A stretch of 64,000 nucleotides of DNA, from the NCBI GenBank assembly GCA_963707025.1, contig CAVPOM010000012.1:416001-480000 (forward strand), given 5' to 3'. This document shows positions 1 to 8,667 of the stretch, piece by piece. The notes below the pieces were generated by a model. It was not told where the DNA came from and did not search any database. It saw nothing but the letters and a program-made list of their open reading frames with translations. The DNA comes from an uncultured Verrucomicrobiae bacterium (GTDB lineage: Bacteria > Verrucomicrobiota > Verrucomicrobiia > Limisphaerales > Palsa-1400). Position numbers and translations under genes: made by a program. Positions within the stretch are counted from its first letter, which is position 1. Every line of letters starts with the position of its first letter.

Positions 1-1
1 G

Positions 2-579
2 GCCTCCAAGCAAACGCTGACCAGGCTTGCGCAAGGCGGCCCGTTTACCGACCACAATTGGCGGCGTCAGGAACTGCTCGTGCGTGCGCTCGTCAGCGTC
101 CGCCCGGCCACCCCGCCATCTGTCAAGTATTGGGACGAGCAGAGCACACCCGCCGCGGTCAACCGCCATGTCACGATTGAAATGCTGTGTGACAACGGCA
201 CCGGCCCGGCGTTGAGCTTGCTGGAAAGGAAACTTCTCGATCCCAAGCAGGAAAACATCTACAAGGTTTCATGGATCCATGCCTTCATGCTGCCACATCG
301 CCACGACTTGCCATTGCTACAGGCGTCGGCGCGCATGTTGACCGGAAGTTTGCCTCCCGATCTCCGCTGCATATTACTGGAAACGTTGTGCGATTACGAC
401 GAGCGTTGGTATCCTTGTTGTTACCACCCCCAACCCCCGTCGCGCCTGTTGATCAAGGAAGAGGCAAAGCAGGTGCTGCGCGGGATTTGCCGGGCATGCC
501 CGTGGAAAACATGGAACTGACGCCAGCCTTGAAGCTGGCGGTGGAGAAAACGTTGTTGGAAATTGGCGATCCGAAATAG
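2..579 (+). CDS. 5'-truncated alpha-helical hypothetical protein, paralogue of 641..1591; apparent frameshift at about 493-501
   Basis: Frame is open from nt 2 (ASKQTLTRLAQGGPFTDHNWRRQELLVRALVSVRP...) and aligns by eye with the downstream ORF (RALVSVRP/RALGTQRP, LLERKLLD/LLGRKLED, KVSWI/KISWI, LCDYDERW/LFDYRPREW). The C-terminus continues in another frame (VENMELTPALKLAVEKTLLEIGDPK*, stop 579). Confidence 0.7.
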
Positions 580-640
580 AAAACGGTTCATCCCGATGCC
601 TCCCGCCTCTTGGCGCGACTGGCGCAAAAAAAACTTCCCA

Positions 641-1591
641 ATGAAAACACAAAGATGGCGCATCTGGAGTGACGATCATCGGCGTCCCGGGGCCTGGCGC
701 GCGGCGTTTGTGCTTTACGCCATTGCTTGCATGGCGCAAGCTGCCGTCATGTGCTCTGGCGCTCCTCCTCCAACCGGATCTTCCGGCGGTCTCGCCGCTC
801 CGCCCCTGTCCAACGGGCCGGTCACGCCGGAAACCGAAGCGTTGCTCAAACACCTCGCCTCCTTGGCCGACAGCCAAAGCAACCAAGCTCAGAGTGAGCT
901 TGCCAAGCAGTTGGCGGACGTCGCCACGCTCGACCGGCTGGACGAGCCGAAAGAACGCAACCAACGAACACCACAGGATCTTCGGGTTGCCCGCGTGTTC
1001 GATCATTTGCGTGACAATCCGTCACACGCCGCCGCGAACACCCTTTCGGCACTCTCCCGCAGTGAGGTGTTCAATTCAGATTGGCGTCTCCAAGCACTGG
1101 TGATTCGCGCGCTGGGCACACAGCGTCCGTTGCTCGCTGAGTCCGCGGCTTTTCTGGATGCCCAAAGCCAGTCTAATTCGCTCAACTTGCAGAATGTAAT
1201 CATCACCCTCATTGAAAATGAGTCGGCCCCGGCGGCCGCACTGCTCGGTCGCAAGTTGGAGGACTCAAACCTCGACGATAATAACAAGATTTCCTGGATA
1301 CGCTACCAGCTCCTGCCCAAGCGCCGGTCGGCGCAATTGCTGTATGGCGTCGAAAAATGGCTTGCCGCCGGCAAGCTCGATGAGACGGTGCGAATCGCCT
1401 TGGTGGATGCTCTTTTTGATTACCGACCGCGCGAGTGGGGTGGCACGGATCTGCCGGCTCCTCCGAGCGAGAGTTCCACCAGTGCAGAGGCGGCCAAGGT
1501 TGTGCGCCGCATCGCGGAGTTGGTGCTGGCTTCCAATTATCCCTCGTCCGTGAGAGATTCCGTCCGTCAAACACTGACAAGATTGCCTTGA
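641..1591 (+). CDS. Exported alpha-helical (HEAT-like) hypothetical protein, candidate T6SS immunity/accessory protein
   Basis: ATG at 641 is in frame with ORF 563..1591. Basic N-terminus plus hydrophobic AAFVLYAIACMAQA suggests a signal peptide. Leu/Ala-rich helical pattern; tandem paralogue upstream. Confidence 0.7.
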   Translation: MKTQRWRIWSDDHRRPGAWRAAFVLYAIACMAQAAVMCSGAPPPTGSSGGLAAPPLSNGPVTPETEALLKHLASLADSQSNQAQSELAKQLADVATLDRLDEPKERNQRTPQDLRVARVFDHLRDNPSHAAANTLSALSRSEVFNSDWRLQALVIRALGTQRPLLAESAAFLDAQSQSNSLNLQNVIITLIENESAPAAALLGRKLEDSNLDDNNKISWIRYQLLPKRRSAQLLYGVEKWLAAGKLDETVRIALVDALFDYRPREWGGTDLPAPPSESSTSAEAAKVVRRIAELVLASNYPSSVRDSVRQTLTRLP

Positions 1592-1755
1592 CACCTTGCC
1601 CGGGCCATCACCCAGGAGTGGAATAGATGCTTGTTTGAAAACCCTTGAAGCCGGAATCGCTTCGGCTGAGCCGGCGGTCCGTTCTGGATTTCATTTGGCG
1701 CGGACCAAATGGCTTGACAAAACAAAATAATGGTTGACTTTATTGAACTTGATCT

Positions 1756-2160
1756 ATGCCCTCACCAAAAAGTGGAAATGCCGGTTCGACGGTTTCGCCC
1801 GCCGCTCCCGACACGGCTGCGGAGGCCGACGACGCCGTCGCCGGCGACGTTGACCAGGCCCAGGGCGGCTCGGCCACCAAGGCGGCGAGCAGCCAGGACT
1901 CCGCCCAGGTCAAGCCCTACAAACCCCCGCAAACGCAGGAGGAAAAAAAGAAAAAAACAAGCTGGATCGAGATCGAACTGGTGGATGCCCAAAACAACCC
2001 CGTGCCCGGCGAAGCCTACAGCATCACCCTGCCCGACGGCGAAACCGTCGCGGAGGGGACCCTGGACGAGAAAGGCTTCGCCCGCGTGGACGGCATCGAA
2101 CCGGGAACGTGCAAAGTCACTTTCCCGGAAATGGATGGGAGGTCTTGGACCAAGACGTGA
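1756..2160 (+). CDS. Stand-alone VgrG-C-terminal-like protein with transthyretin-like domain (copy 1)
   Basis: 134 aa: low-complexity N-terminus (SPAAPDTAAEADDA) plus WIEIELVDAQNNPVPGEAYSITLPDG..EGTLDEKGFARVDGIEPGTCKVTFP, the prealbumin/TTR-like pattern seen in VgrG/PAAR extensions. Near-identical copy at 6083. Confidence 0.75.
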   Translation: MPSPKSGNAGSTVSPAAPDTAAEADDAVAGDVDQAQGGSATKAASSQDSAQVKPYKPPQTQEEKKKKTSWIEIELVDAQNNPVPGEAYSITLPDGETVAEGTLDEKGFARVDGIEPGTCKVTFPEMDGRSWTKT

Positions 2161-2170
2161 ATTCCTTTCT

Positions 2171-2908
2171 ATGAGCAGAAGCAAACCGCCCGAAGACGGC
2201 AAACATCAAGTGGAGGACGGGGAGTGGGCCGGGAGCATTGCCGCCGCCTACGGTTATTTGGATTGGGAGCACGATGTCTGGAAACGGGGCGAAAATGCCG
2301 CCTTGCGTGAACGCCGCCCAAATCCGCGTGTTCTGGGCGAAGGGGATGTTCTGTTTATTCCACCATGGGAAGAGAAGAAAGAATCCTGCGCGACGGAGTT
2401 GAAGCACCGATTCAAGCTCAAGGCGCCCACCGAACTCCTGCGCATCCGGCTGCTGGACCTGGAGGGCAAACCGCTGAAGAACGAAGACTATGCGCTGCAG
2501 ATTGATTACGCTCCAGGCGGAGGCAAATACGAACAAAAAAACAAGCAAACCGATGGCGATGGCTTTCTGCAAGAGTGCATTCCTTCGACCGCGATGAAAG
2601 GCCTGCTCAGCTTTGCCAAAGCGCCGCAAAAGATCCTGCTGCGCCTGGGTTATCTCACTCCGATGGATCTGAATGACAACCCCAAATTGATCCGCGGAGC
2701 ACAGCAGCGCTTGCTGGCCATTGGCTTCGATCCCGGTTCCATTGATGGCTTGGATGGGCCCAGAACCCAAAGCGCCGTCACGGCCTTCCAGCAGTTCTGC
2801 GCCGACAACAAGAACCAGGGCAATGCCCGGATCATTGATGCCGGCCCCGTCAACGGAACCATCGGCAAGATGACCCGGGATGCCTTGTTAAAGTACTACG
2901 GCTGTTGA
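2171..2908 (+). CDS. LysM-like / TTR-like / PG_binding_1 domain protein (copy 1)
   Basis: ATG 2171. HQVEDGEWAGSIAAAYG...NPRVLGEGDVLFIP (LysM-like); LRIRLLDLEGKPL...TDGDG (TTR-like); QQRLLAIGFDPGSIDGLDGPRTQSAVTAFQ (PG_binding_1). Confidence 0.8.
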   Translation: MSRSKPPEDGKHQVEDGEWAGSIAAAYGYLDWEHDVWKRGENAALRERRPNPRVLGEGDVLFIPPWEEKKESCATELKHRFKLKAPTELLRIRLLDLEGKPLKNEDYALQIDYAPGGGKYEQKNKQTDGDGFLQECIPSTAMKGLLSFAKAPQKILLRLGYLTPMDLNDNPKLIRGAQQRLLAIGFDPGSIDGLDGPRTQSAVTAFQQFCADNKNQGNARIIDAGPVNGTIGKMTRDALLKYYGC

Positions 2909-2919
2909 ACAGGCTCGCC

Positions 2920-5157
2920 ATGCCCGACAATAACAAACTCCTTCAGGTCAAGATCACCATTGACGACCAGGGCAAAATCGGCAAGGTGGTGCATCCGGAC
3001 TGCAAACTAAACAGGGATGCCGATCTGCCATTTTCCGGAAGACAGTACGGATGGCGCCTGGCCGGTTATAATGACACGGGCCTGGATCTGAAAGCGTTCT
3101 TCGCCCAAGCAGTGGACGTGGCCACCAATTCGCCGGATAAGAAAGAAGATTTTAATACGATCCAATTCCGGGGTCCTGAATTGCTTAAGTTGGATGTTGG
3201 CCACTGGGGGGCCTACCACCGCTGGCGCGAGTACCCCGGCGGCCCGGATGCGGATGACGCTTCCAAGGAGAAAGGCATCCAGCGGGAGTTCGGCCTGATT
3301 GAAAACCATCATGTTTGGCTTTGCCGCTTCAACGGCCAGCAGGCCGTTCCTGCCACGCTCTCCAATTTTCAGTCCGCCAAGGCCACCTTGGCCGCTCAAA
3401 TCCTCAACAACCTGGCTCCGGGCTTTGGCATTGATATCGTCGCAGATGCTCCGGTCACCGATCCGCGCTCGGCCGAGTTGGACAACCAGACCCTTTACGT
3501 CATCTTTCCTGACTTGCACCTGCCCGAAACCCTGCCGGACTTTCCCCTCCCGGCGCAACGTCATCCGGTCGTCGCGGCGCGCCCGACTCCGCAACGCAAT
3601 CCGAACGCCGATGCGCGCAAGGCGTTGCGCAAGTTCCTGGTCAATGCGCAACACCAGCCGGGCTGGCTGGGCGCCAACCCGCTGGGCGAGAGCGACCAGC
3701 AAAAGGTGCAGGCTTATCTGGAAGCCATTCACGTTGAACCCGGGGCACCGCTGCCCGAACAGCCCCTTTGGCCGGTGAAACCAGGCCTGCTTGATTTTTG
3801 GAAGCCGGCGGATTTCTCCCCGGAGCAGTTTCTGGCGGAGAAAGCCATTGTGGACCGGGAAATCATGCTGACCGGCACCTGGTTTTACGCCCGGGGGCCG
3901 GGTTGGAAGAAGGAGGCCCAGACCGATCGCGATACTTGGGCCGCAGCCGACGATGACGGGGACCCTACGCCGGCGATTGAACTCGCCCACTTGCTTTGCG
4001 CCATCAAGAAGGCGCGCCAGGACTCCGCTGCCAACATCCAGGTCATTCAAGTCGGGGACCTTTACGAACTCTGGTTGAACCATGAGTTTCTTTATCGCGA
4101 CTTTCTCGTGGATACCTCCTTCAATGTGAGCGGGGCGGAGAAGCGCGCCTACTTCGGCATCTGGCAACAGGGCAGCAAATCGGATGACTATCAATACCGG
4201 TTGGATGCGGGCTTGCAGAATTCCGCCGGGGGCGGCTCCGCCAAAGAAAAGAGGTATGTTTATAATTATTGGCCCAAGGCGGACATGCTGTTGCGCTACA
4301 GGATCGGCGAACCAATGTATGCAGGACTCGACGACGATGATCTCCTGGAGGAGTTGTCCCTTCGGCCGCCGCAATTGCAGCGGGTGCAGGGCCTCTTGAA
4401 AGACCGGGTGGATCGGGTCCGCGCCTATTCGCTCCACCAACCCAACACGCCGGCTTGCGCGAGTCTTCTCGCCATGGATCCTGCCGTGCTCGATTTCAAG
4501 TATTTCTACCGCAGACAAAGGGACCTGAGGAAAGGCGGGACTGAATACGGCCCGGGCCAGGAGACGGAAAGGGAATATTTTATAGATCCGAATGGCCGCA
4601 AGGAGGTTTTTTGGAATGAAATGATCCTCAAACTTTTGGGTGACCTTGATTTCCGGAATATCGGCGGCAACCATGATGGTTATCGTTCGGATCCGTTGGT
4701 GAACGTGCTGCTGGATGACGTCGATCAGGCGGAGACGGTCATTAGCGAGCCGGGTTTGTGGATCGAACACAGCCATCGTTGGGACGAGTTCAACCGCGAT
4801 GGCATGGCCTTTGGCGCGGGCGCGGCCAACTACGTGTATTATTACTTCACCAGCCTCTGCTCCAAGAGCGCCGGCTGGTGGGAGGATATGCTCGGGCAGC
4901 AGGAGCAGAAATGCTTTGTTCCAGGCGCGGCCTTTTGGTTTGGGGTTGCCAATTTTGGGGACGACCTGAAATGGGCCGCCGACCAGGGCATTCCCGGCAG
5001 CGTCCAGCCTTTCGGCGTTTACGTTTCCGGCCACACCCACAGCGCCAGCCTGGCCCGCATCACCTTCGATTTGCCCCCCAAGTTAAAACAACCCAAACCC
5101 GCCGTGCCTGCTGCCCAGACCGCTGATCCCAACCAAACAGGTCCAACAGGGTGGTGA
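2920..5157 (+). CDS. Large calcineurin-like metallophosphoesterase, candidate T6SS effector
   Basis: All five metallophosphoesterase motifs occur in order: PDLH (3511), GDLYE (4054), GNHD (4666), EHSH (about 4765), GHTH (5029). No signal peptide; starts 11 nt after the LysM gene. Confidence 0.75.
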   Translation: MPDNNKLLQVKITIDDQGKIGKVVHPDCKLNRDADLPFSGRQYGWRLAGYNDTGLDLKAFFAQAVDVATNSPDKKEDFNTIQFRGPELLKLDVGHWGAYHRWREYPGGPDADDASKEKGIQREFGLIENHHVWLCRFNGQQAVPATLSNFQSAKATLAAQILNNLAPGFGIDIVADAPVTDPRSAELDNQTLYVIFPDLHLPETLPDFPLPAQRHPVVAARPTPQRNPNADARKALRKFLVNAQHQPGWLGANPLGESDQQKVQAYLEAIHVEPGAPLPEQPLWPVKPGLLDFWKPADFSPEQFLAEKAIVDREIMLTGTWFYARGPGWKKEAQTDRDTWAAADDDGDPTPAIELAHLLCAIKKARQDSAANIQVIQVGDLYELWLNHEFLYRDFLVDTSFNVSGAEKRAYFGIWQQGSKSDDYQYRLDAGLQNSAGGGSAKEKRYVYNYWPKADMLLRYRIGEPMYAGLDDDDLLEELSLRPPQLQRVQGLLKDRVDRVRAYSLHQPNTPACASLLAMDPAVLDFKYFYRRQRDLRKGGTEYGPGQETEREYFIDPNGRKEVFWNEMILKLLGDLDFRNIGGNHDGYRSDPLVNVLLDDVDQAETVISEPGLWIEHSHRWDEFNRDGMAFGAGAANYVYYYFTSLCSKSAGWWEDMLGQQEQKCFVPGAAFWFGVANFGDDLKWAADQGIPGSVQPFGVYVSGHTHSASLARITFDLPPKLKQPKPAVPAAQTADPNQTGPTGW

Positions 5158-5205
5158 CATGCTTTAATCTCGACAAAACCGCTCTTTCATCTCCACATAT
5201 CAGCC

Positions 5206-6036
5206 ATGGATATTCCACACACCAACATAGTTTACCACTTCGAACAGCGCGTCGAAATCATGTATCGCGAATCCGAAAAGACCAGCCCGACCAACGAGGC
5301 CTATCAACGTCAAGGCCTGATCCTCCTCTCCACCGGAGTCGAAGACTCTCGTTGGAAACGGGAGATAGCAGAATACGAAGTCGCGCCGGCTGAACTCGAC
5401 AAAATCCGCCAGCGGGACAAGGTGGATCGTGCTGAACTCCAGAAGGCGCAGCTCAAGGCCCTGGGCGCCCGGCGCACCCCCTTTGGCCTGGACTTCTCCG
5501 TCGAGGTGGACTCTGACATGCACAATAAGGAGGTCGTTATGACGGGCACCCAGGGCGCGCCTCTCCGGCAAGACCTGCTCTACCTTCCCACACTCCTGCC
5601 GGCCGTCCCGGATAAGCGCCCGGAACCCGGGGATGAATGGAACGGCGCCATTGAGATTGCCGGCGGCCCCGCCAGATTCCGCGTTTCCTATACCGCAAAA
5701 ATGCTGGAACGAATAGGTGACGACCCCAAAATCAACGTGACGCTTCAGCCCCAAAGCGCCACCCAGACCGTCAAGGATTTCACTTTCACCCTTTCCCCGC
5801 AAGGCCACTTGGTAACCCTCATTGCCAAAGCCGGCGGTTCGCCGCTATCTTCCGAAGGAGACTTCCGCATCAGCATCCGGGCCAAATTCGACCGCGACGG
5901 CACCCCCGTTGACGTTGAGGTCTTGAACTGCCACCAAACATTCACTCTGACGCGCGTCCCCGCCTCTTTTAATGACGACACTTTCCTGCCGGCAGGATGG
6001 AAATTGCCCCCAGAAAAGAAGCCAAATCCGCCTTGA
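5206..6036 (+). CDS. Hypothetical beta-rich protein, candidate cognate immunity/partner of the phosphoesterase
   Basis: 276-aa ORF directly after the cargo gene. Contains LPAVPDKRPEPGDEW; no recognisable catalytic motif. Confidence 0.6.
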   Translation: MDIPHTNIVYHFEQRVEIMYRESEKTSPTNEAYQRQGLILLSTGVEDSRWKREIAEYEVAPAELDKIRQRDKVDRAELQKAQLKALGARRTPFGLDFSVEVDSDMHNKEVVMTGTQGAPLRQDLLYLPTLLPAVPDKRPEPGDEWNGAIEIAGGPARFRVSYTAKMLERIGDDPKINVTLQPQSATQTVKDFTFTLSPQGHLVTLIAKAGGSPLSSEGDFRISIRAKFDRDGTPVDVEVLNCHQTFTLTRVPASFNDDTFLPAGWKLPPEKKPNPP

Positions 6037-6082
6037 AAAATCTGTTCATTCCCCGTGGAATACTGACCATTAGATCAAACCT

Positions 6083-6487
6083 ATGCCCAGTCCAAAAAGT
6101 GGAAATGCCGGCACGGCGGTTTCGCCCGCCGCTCCCGACACGGCCGCGGAGGCCGACGACGCCGTCGCCGGCGACGTTGACCAGGCCCAGGGCGGCTCGG
6201 CCACCAGGGCGGCGAGCAGCCAGGACTCCGTCCTGGTCAAACCCTGCAAACGCCCGCAAACCCAGGAGGAAAAAGAGAAAAAACCAAGCTGGATTGAGAT
6301 CAAACCCGTGCATGAGCAGAACAACCCAGTGGCAGGCGAACCCTACAGCATCACCCTTCCCGACGGCGAAACCGTCGCCGAAGGCACGCTCTACGAGAAG
6401 GGTCTCGCCCGCGTGGACGGCATCGAACCGGGAACGTGCCGAATCACCTTTCCGCAACGGGATAAAGAAGCCTGGAAGAAGGCCTGA
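6083..6487 (+). CDS. Stand-alone VgrG-C-terminal-like TTR-domain protein (copy 2)
   Basis: 134 aa, same length as 1756..2160 and nearly identical to it at the DNA level over the 5' half. Confidence 0.75.
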   Translation: MPSPKSGNAGTAVSPAAPDTAAEADDAVAGDVDQAQGGSATRAASSQDSVLVKPCKRPQTQEEKEKKPSWIEIKPVHEQNNPVAGEPYSITLPDGETVAEGTLYEKGLARVDGIEPGTCRITFPQRDKEAWKKA

Positions 6488-6508
6488 GCGCGCAGCATTT
6501 TGCCTTTT

Positions 6509-7180
6509 ATGGCTGAAGACTACACCGTGGAACCAGGCGACTGCATGAGCAGCATCGCCTATGAGCGCGGCTTCTTTTGGAAAACGCTGTGGAACGATTC
6601 CTCCAACGCCGAGCTCAAAGCCAGGCGCAAAAACCCAAATGTGCTGATGACCGGCGACGTCGTCCACATTCCCGACTTGACCGTCAAGAAGGAACCGGGC
6701 GCGACGGAAACCACCCACAAGTTCATGCTCAAGGGCGTGCCGGAGATATTGCGCATGAAACTGCTGGACGCCAACCATCAGCCGCGCGCCAACCTCGACT
6801 ACCTCATTGTCATCGAGGGCAACTCCCGGAAAGGCAAGACCGACGGCAACGGCGAGCTAAAAGAAAGCATCCCGCCCAACGCCAAGGCCGGCAAGCTCAC
6901 GTTCGCGACCTGTCCGGACAAGACCGGCAAGCCGATTCCGGGAAAGCCAAAAAACCAGGTCATGAACTTGCAGTTGGGCAACCTCAATCCCGTTTCCGAG
7001 GTGAGCGGCCTCAAGTCCAGATTGGCCAACCTGGGATTTTACAAAGGCCCGATTGACGATAATCTCGATAAGGCCGCCAAACAGGCCATTCGCGCTTTTC
7101 AGCGCCGGAAGGGCCTGCCGGTGACCGGCGTGGCCGATGAGGCCACCAAGGGCCAGTTACTAAAAATTCATGGCCACTGA
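6509..7180 (+). CDS. LysM / TTR-like / PG_binding_1 domain protein (copy 2)
   Basis: YTVEPGDCMSSIAYERG...NPNVLMTGDVVHIP (LysM); LRMKLLDANHQPRAN...KTDGNG; LKSRLANLGFYKGPIDD...AIRAFQRRKGLPVTGVAD (PG_binding_1). Confidence 0.85.
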   Translation: MAEDYTVEPGDCMSSIAYERGFFWKTLWNDSSNAELKARRKNPNVLMTGDVVHIPDLTVKKEPGATETTHKFMLKGVPEILRMKLLDANHQPRANLDYLIVIEGNSRKGKTDGNGELKESIPPNAKAGKLTFATCPDKTGKPIPGKPKNQVMNLQLGNLNPVSEVSGLKSRLANLGFYKGPIDDNLDKAAKQAIRAFQRRKGLPVTGVADEATKGQLLKIHGH

Positions 7181-7263
7181 ACCGGCTTGGCCAGGTGCCC
7201 GGTATGAAAGCGGGCAAATCGCCAAACGACAACAGATTTTGAGAAAATCACAAAAGTAAAAGT

Positions 7264-8661
7264 ATGCCTGATGACCCCGATGCCGGCGCACCGCAGGATG
7301 GTGGCGCACCGCAAGATGGTGGAGCGCCGCAGGATGCCGGAGCGCCGCAGGATGCAGGCGCGCCTGCCGGAGCGCCGCAGGATGGTGGCGCACCGCAAGA
7401 TGGTGGCGCACCGCAGGATGCCGCTGCGCCGCAGGATGCCGCCGCGCCACAGGATGTTGATGCGGCTCGGGGCGATGACACCAATACGACGGCAGATCCT
7501 GTCAATATCAGTCTGACCGTGCAATGCGGTCACACCACCAGCGGCCTCCGTCAGGTAGTCGGCAACCCGGGAGCGGACGGCAGGCTTCAGATTGTGCCGT
7601 CCGACGGGCAGAATAGCAATGCGGTGAGTCTAAAAATCGCGGCGCTCGTCCAAATACAAGGTCAAGAAAACACCGATGGAACCGATACCATTCAAGCCTC
7701 GATTACGGATAACTCCGGCAACGGAGTGCCCAACCCACAAATCGCGATTACCCAGGCCGATGCGCCCTCCGATGGCGACTGGCAGAGCGGCATGAGCGCG
7801 ACGTTGCCGCCCATTCCAAGCCCTGGGGACAACAGCACCGTTTGGCTGGCGGACGCCCAAGCCACCGTGTGGAACGTCTTCGCGGCGGGCAATCCGGATG
7901 ACACTCCCGTAAAAGTGCAAGTGGAGGCATTTCCCGCCTATGCCGTGCAGGGAGCGGTTAATCTGGATTTTTTAGGCGACGTCACCAAGAAGATCAACGA
8001 CGCTTGCAAGAATGTCATCAACCCACTGACCGGCGGGACCGTTACCATAGAACCGCAGTTTCAGTTGCCGCAAGGAACGCTGCAGGTCTCGTGCGGCTGG
8101 AAGGAAAACAGCGACTGGCAGGCCTATTACGGTTGGAGCGTCGCTGCCGGACTCAACCCATTTTTTGGCATGGGAGTGAAGTTTGGGGTGGACTTTGTGG
8201 CGATAATCGGACTCTGCGCGGACATCCCTCCCATGATAACCAAGTATGCAGCCTCCCTTGTCCTCAGTGTGAAGGTGAGCGGCCAGGTGGGCATCAGCGG
8301 CACGGTCAGTTGTAATGGACCGCTTAGTTTTACGGGAACATTAAATCCCAATGGACAGATTTCCGTGGAGTTGGCCCTGACCGCGAAGGTCGGAAATGAA
8401 AATGTGTTGAGCGCCTCCATCTCGGGGGGCTGCACGGCGGGGATCAAGTGGGCCGGGCAAATTCCCCAGCCGGCCTCGCCCGGCGGAAGCGTGGTCTTGA
8501 AGCACACCCTCAATTTCACCGGCATCGTCCTGACCGTGACGATTGTCACCACCGCCTTTTCATGTGAGATGACCAACACCCAAAACTCGGTGAGTTTAAT
8601 GTCCGCCGGTGATCCGGTGGCCTTGGATGACATCACCTTGATCGGCGCTGACAACAGTTAA
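7264..8661 (+). CDS. Hypothetical protein with N-terminal PQDGGA repeats and beta-strand-rich C-terminal half; candidate secreted cargo
   Basis: 465-aa ORF in the same cassette position as the phosphoesterase. Alternating Gly/Val/Ser beta pattern in the C-terminal half. Confidence 0.7.
   Translation: MPDDPDAGAPQDGGAPQDGGAPQDAGAPQDAGAPAGAPQDGGAPQDGGAPQDAAAPQDAAAPQDVDAARGDDTNTTADPVNISLTVQCGHTTSGLRQVVGNPGADGRLQIVPSDGQNSNAVSLKIAALVQIQGQENTDGTDTIQASITDNSGNGVPNPQIAITQADAPSDGDWQSGMSATLPPIPSPGDNSTVWLADAQATVWNVFAAGNPDDTPVKVQVEAFPAYAVQGAVNLDFLGDVTKKINDACKNVINPLTGGTVTIEPQFQLPQGTLQVSCGWKENSDWQAYYGWSVAAGLNPFFGMGVKFGVDFVAIIGLCADIPPMITKYAASLVLSVKVSGQVGISGTVSCNGPLSFTGTLNPNGQISVELALTAKVGNENVLSASISGGCTAGIKWAGQIPQPASPGGSVVLKHTLNFTGIVLTVTIVTTAFSCEMTNTQNSVSLMSAGDPVALDDITLIGADNS
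7279..7462 (+). repeat. Coding 18-bp tandem repeat (PQDxxA x9)
   Basis: Units like ccgcaggatggtggcgca / ccgcaagatggtggagcg / ccgcaggatgccggagcg; nine PQD units and one short PAGA unit. Confidence 0.95.
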
Positions 8662-8667
8662 AATTCC

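Noticed and set aside
1714..1745. TTGACA promoter before cassette 1
   Set aside because: Perfect -35 in an AT-rich patch, but no acceptable -10 at 16-18 nt spacing.
1730..2908. 392-aa ORF as a single protein
   Set aside because: Its Arg/Pro-rich first 147 aa are an off-frame shadow of the 134-aa gene; the paralogue at 6509 shows the real protein starts at ATG 2171.
3007..5040. 677-aa antisense ORF
   Set aside because: Mirror of the motif-bearing phosphoesterase gene; long antisense ORFs are expected at this GC content and it has no motifs.
7279..7462. Short repeats as a possible CRISPR array
   Set aside because: Contiguous in-frame 18-bp units with no unique spacers and no cas genes; they vary at synonymous positions.
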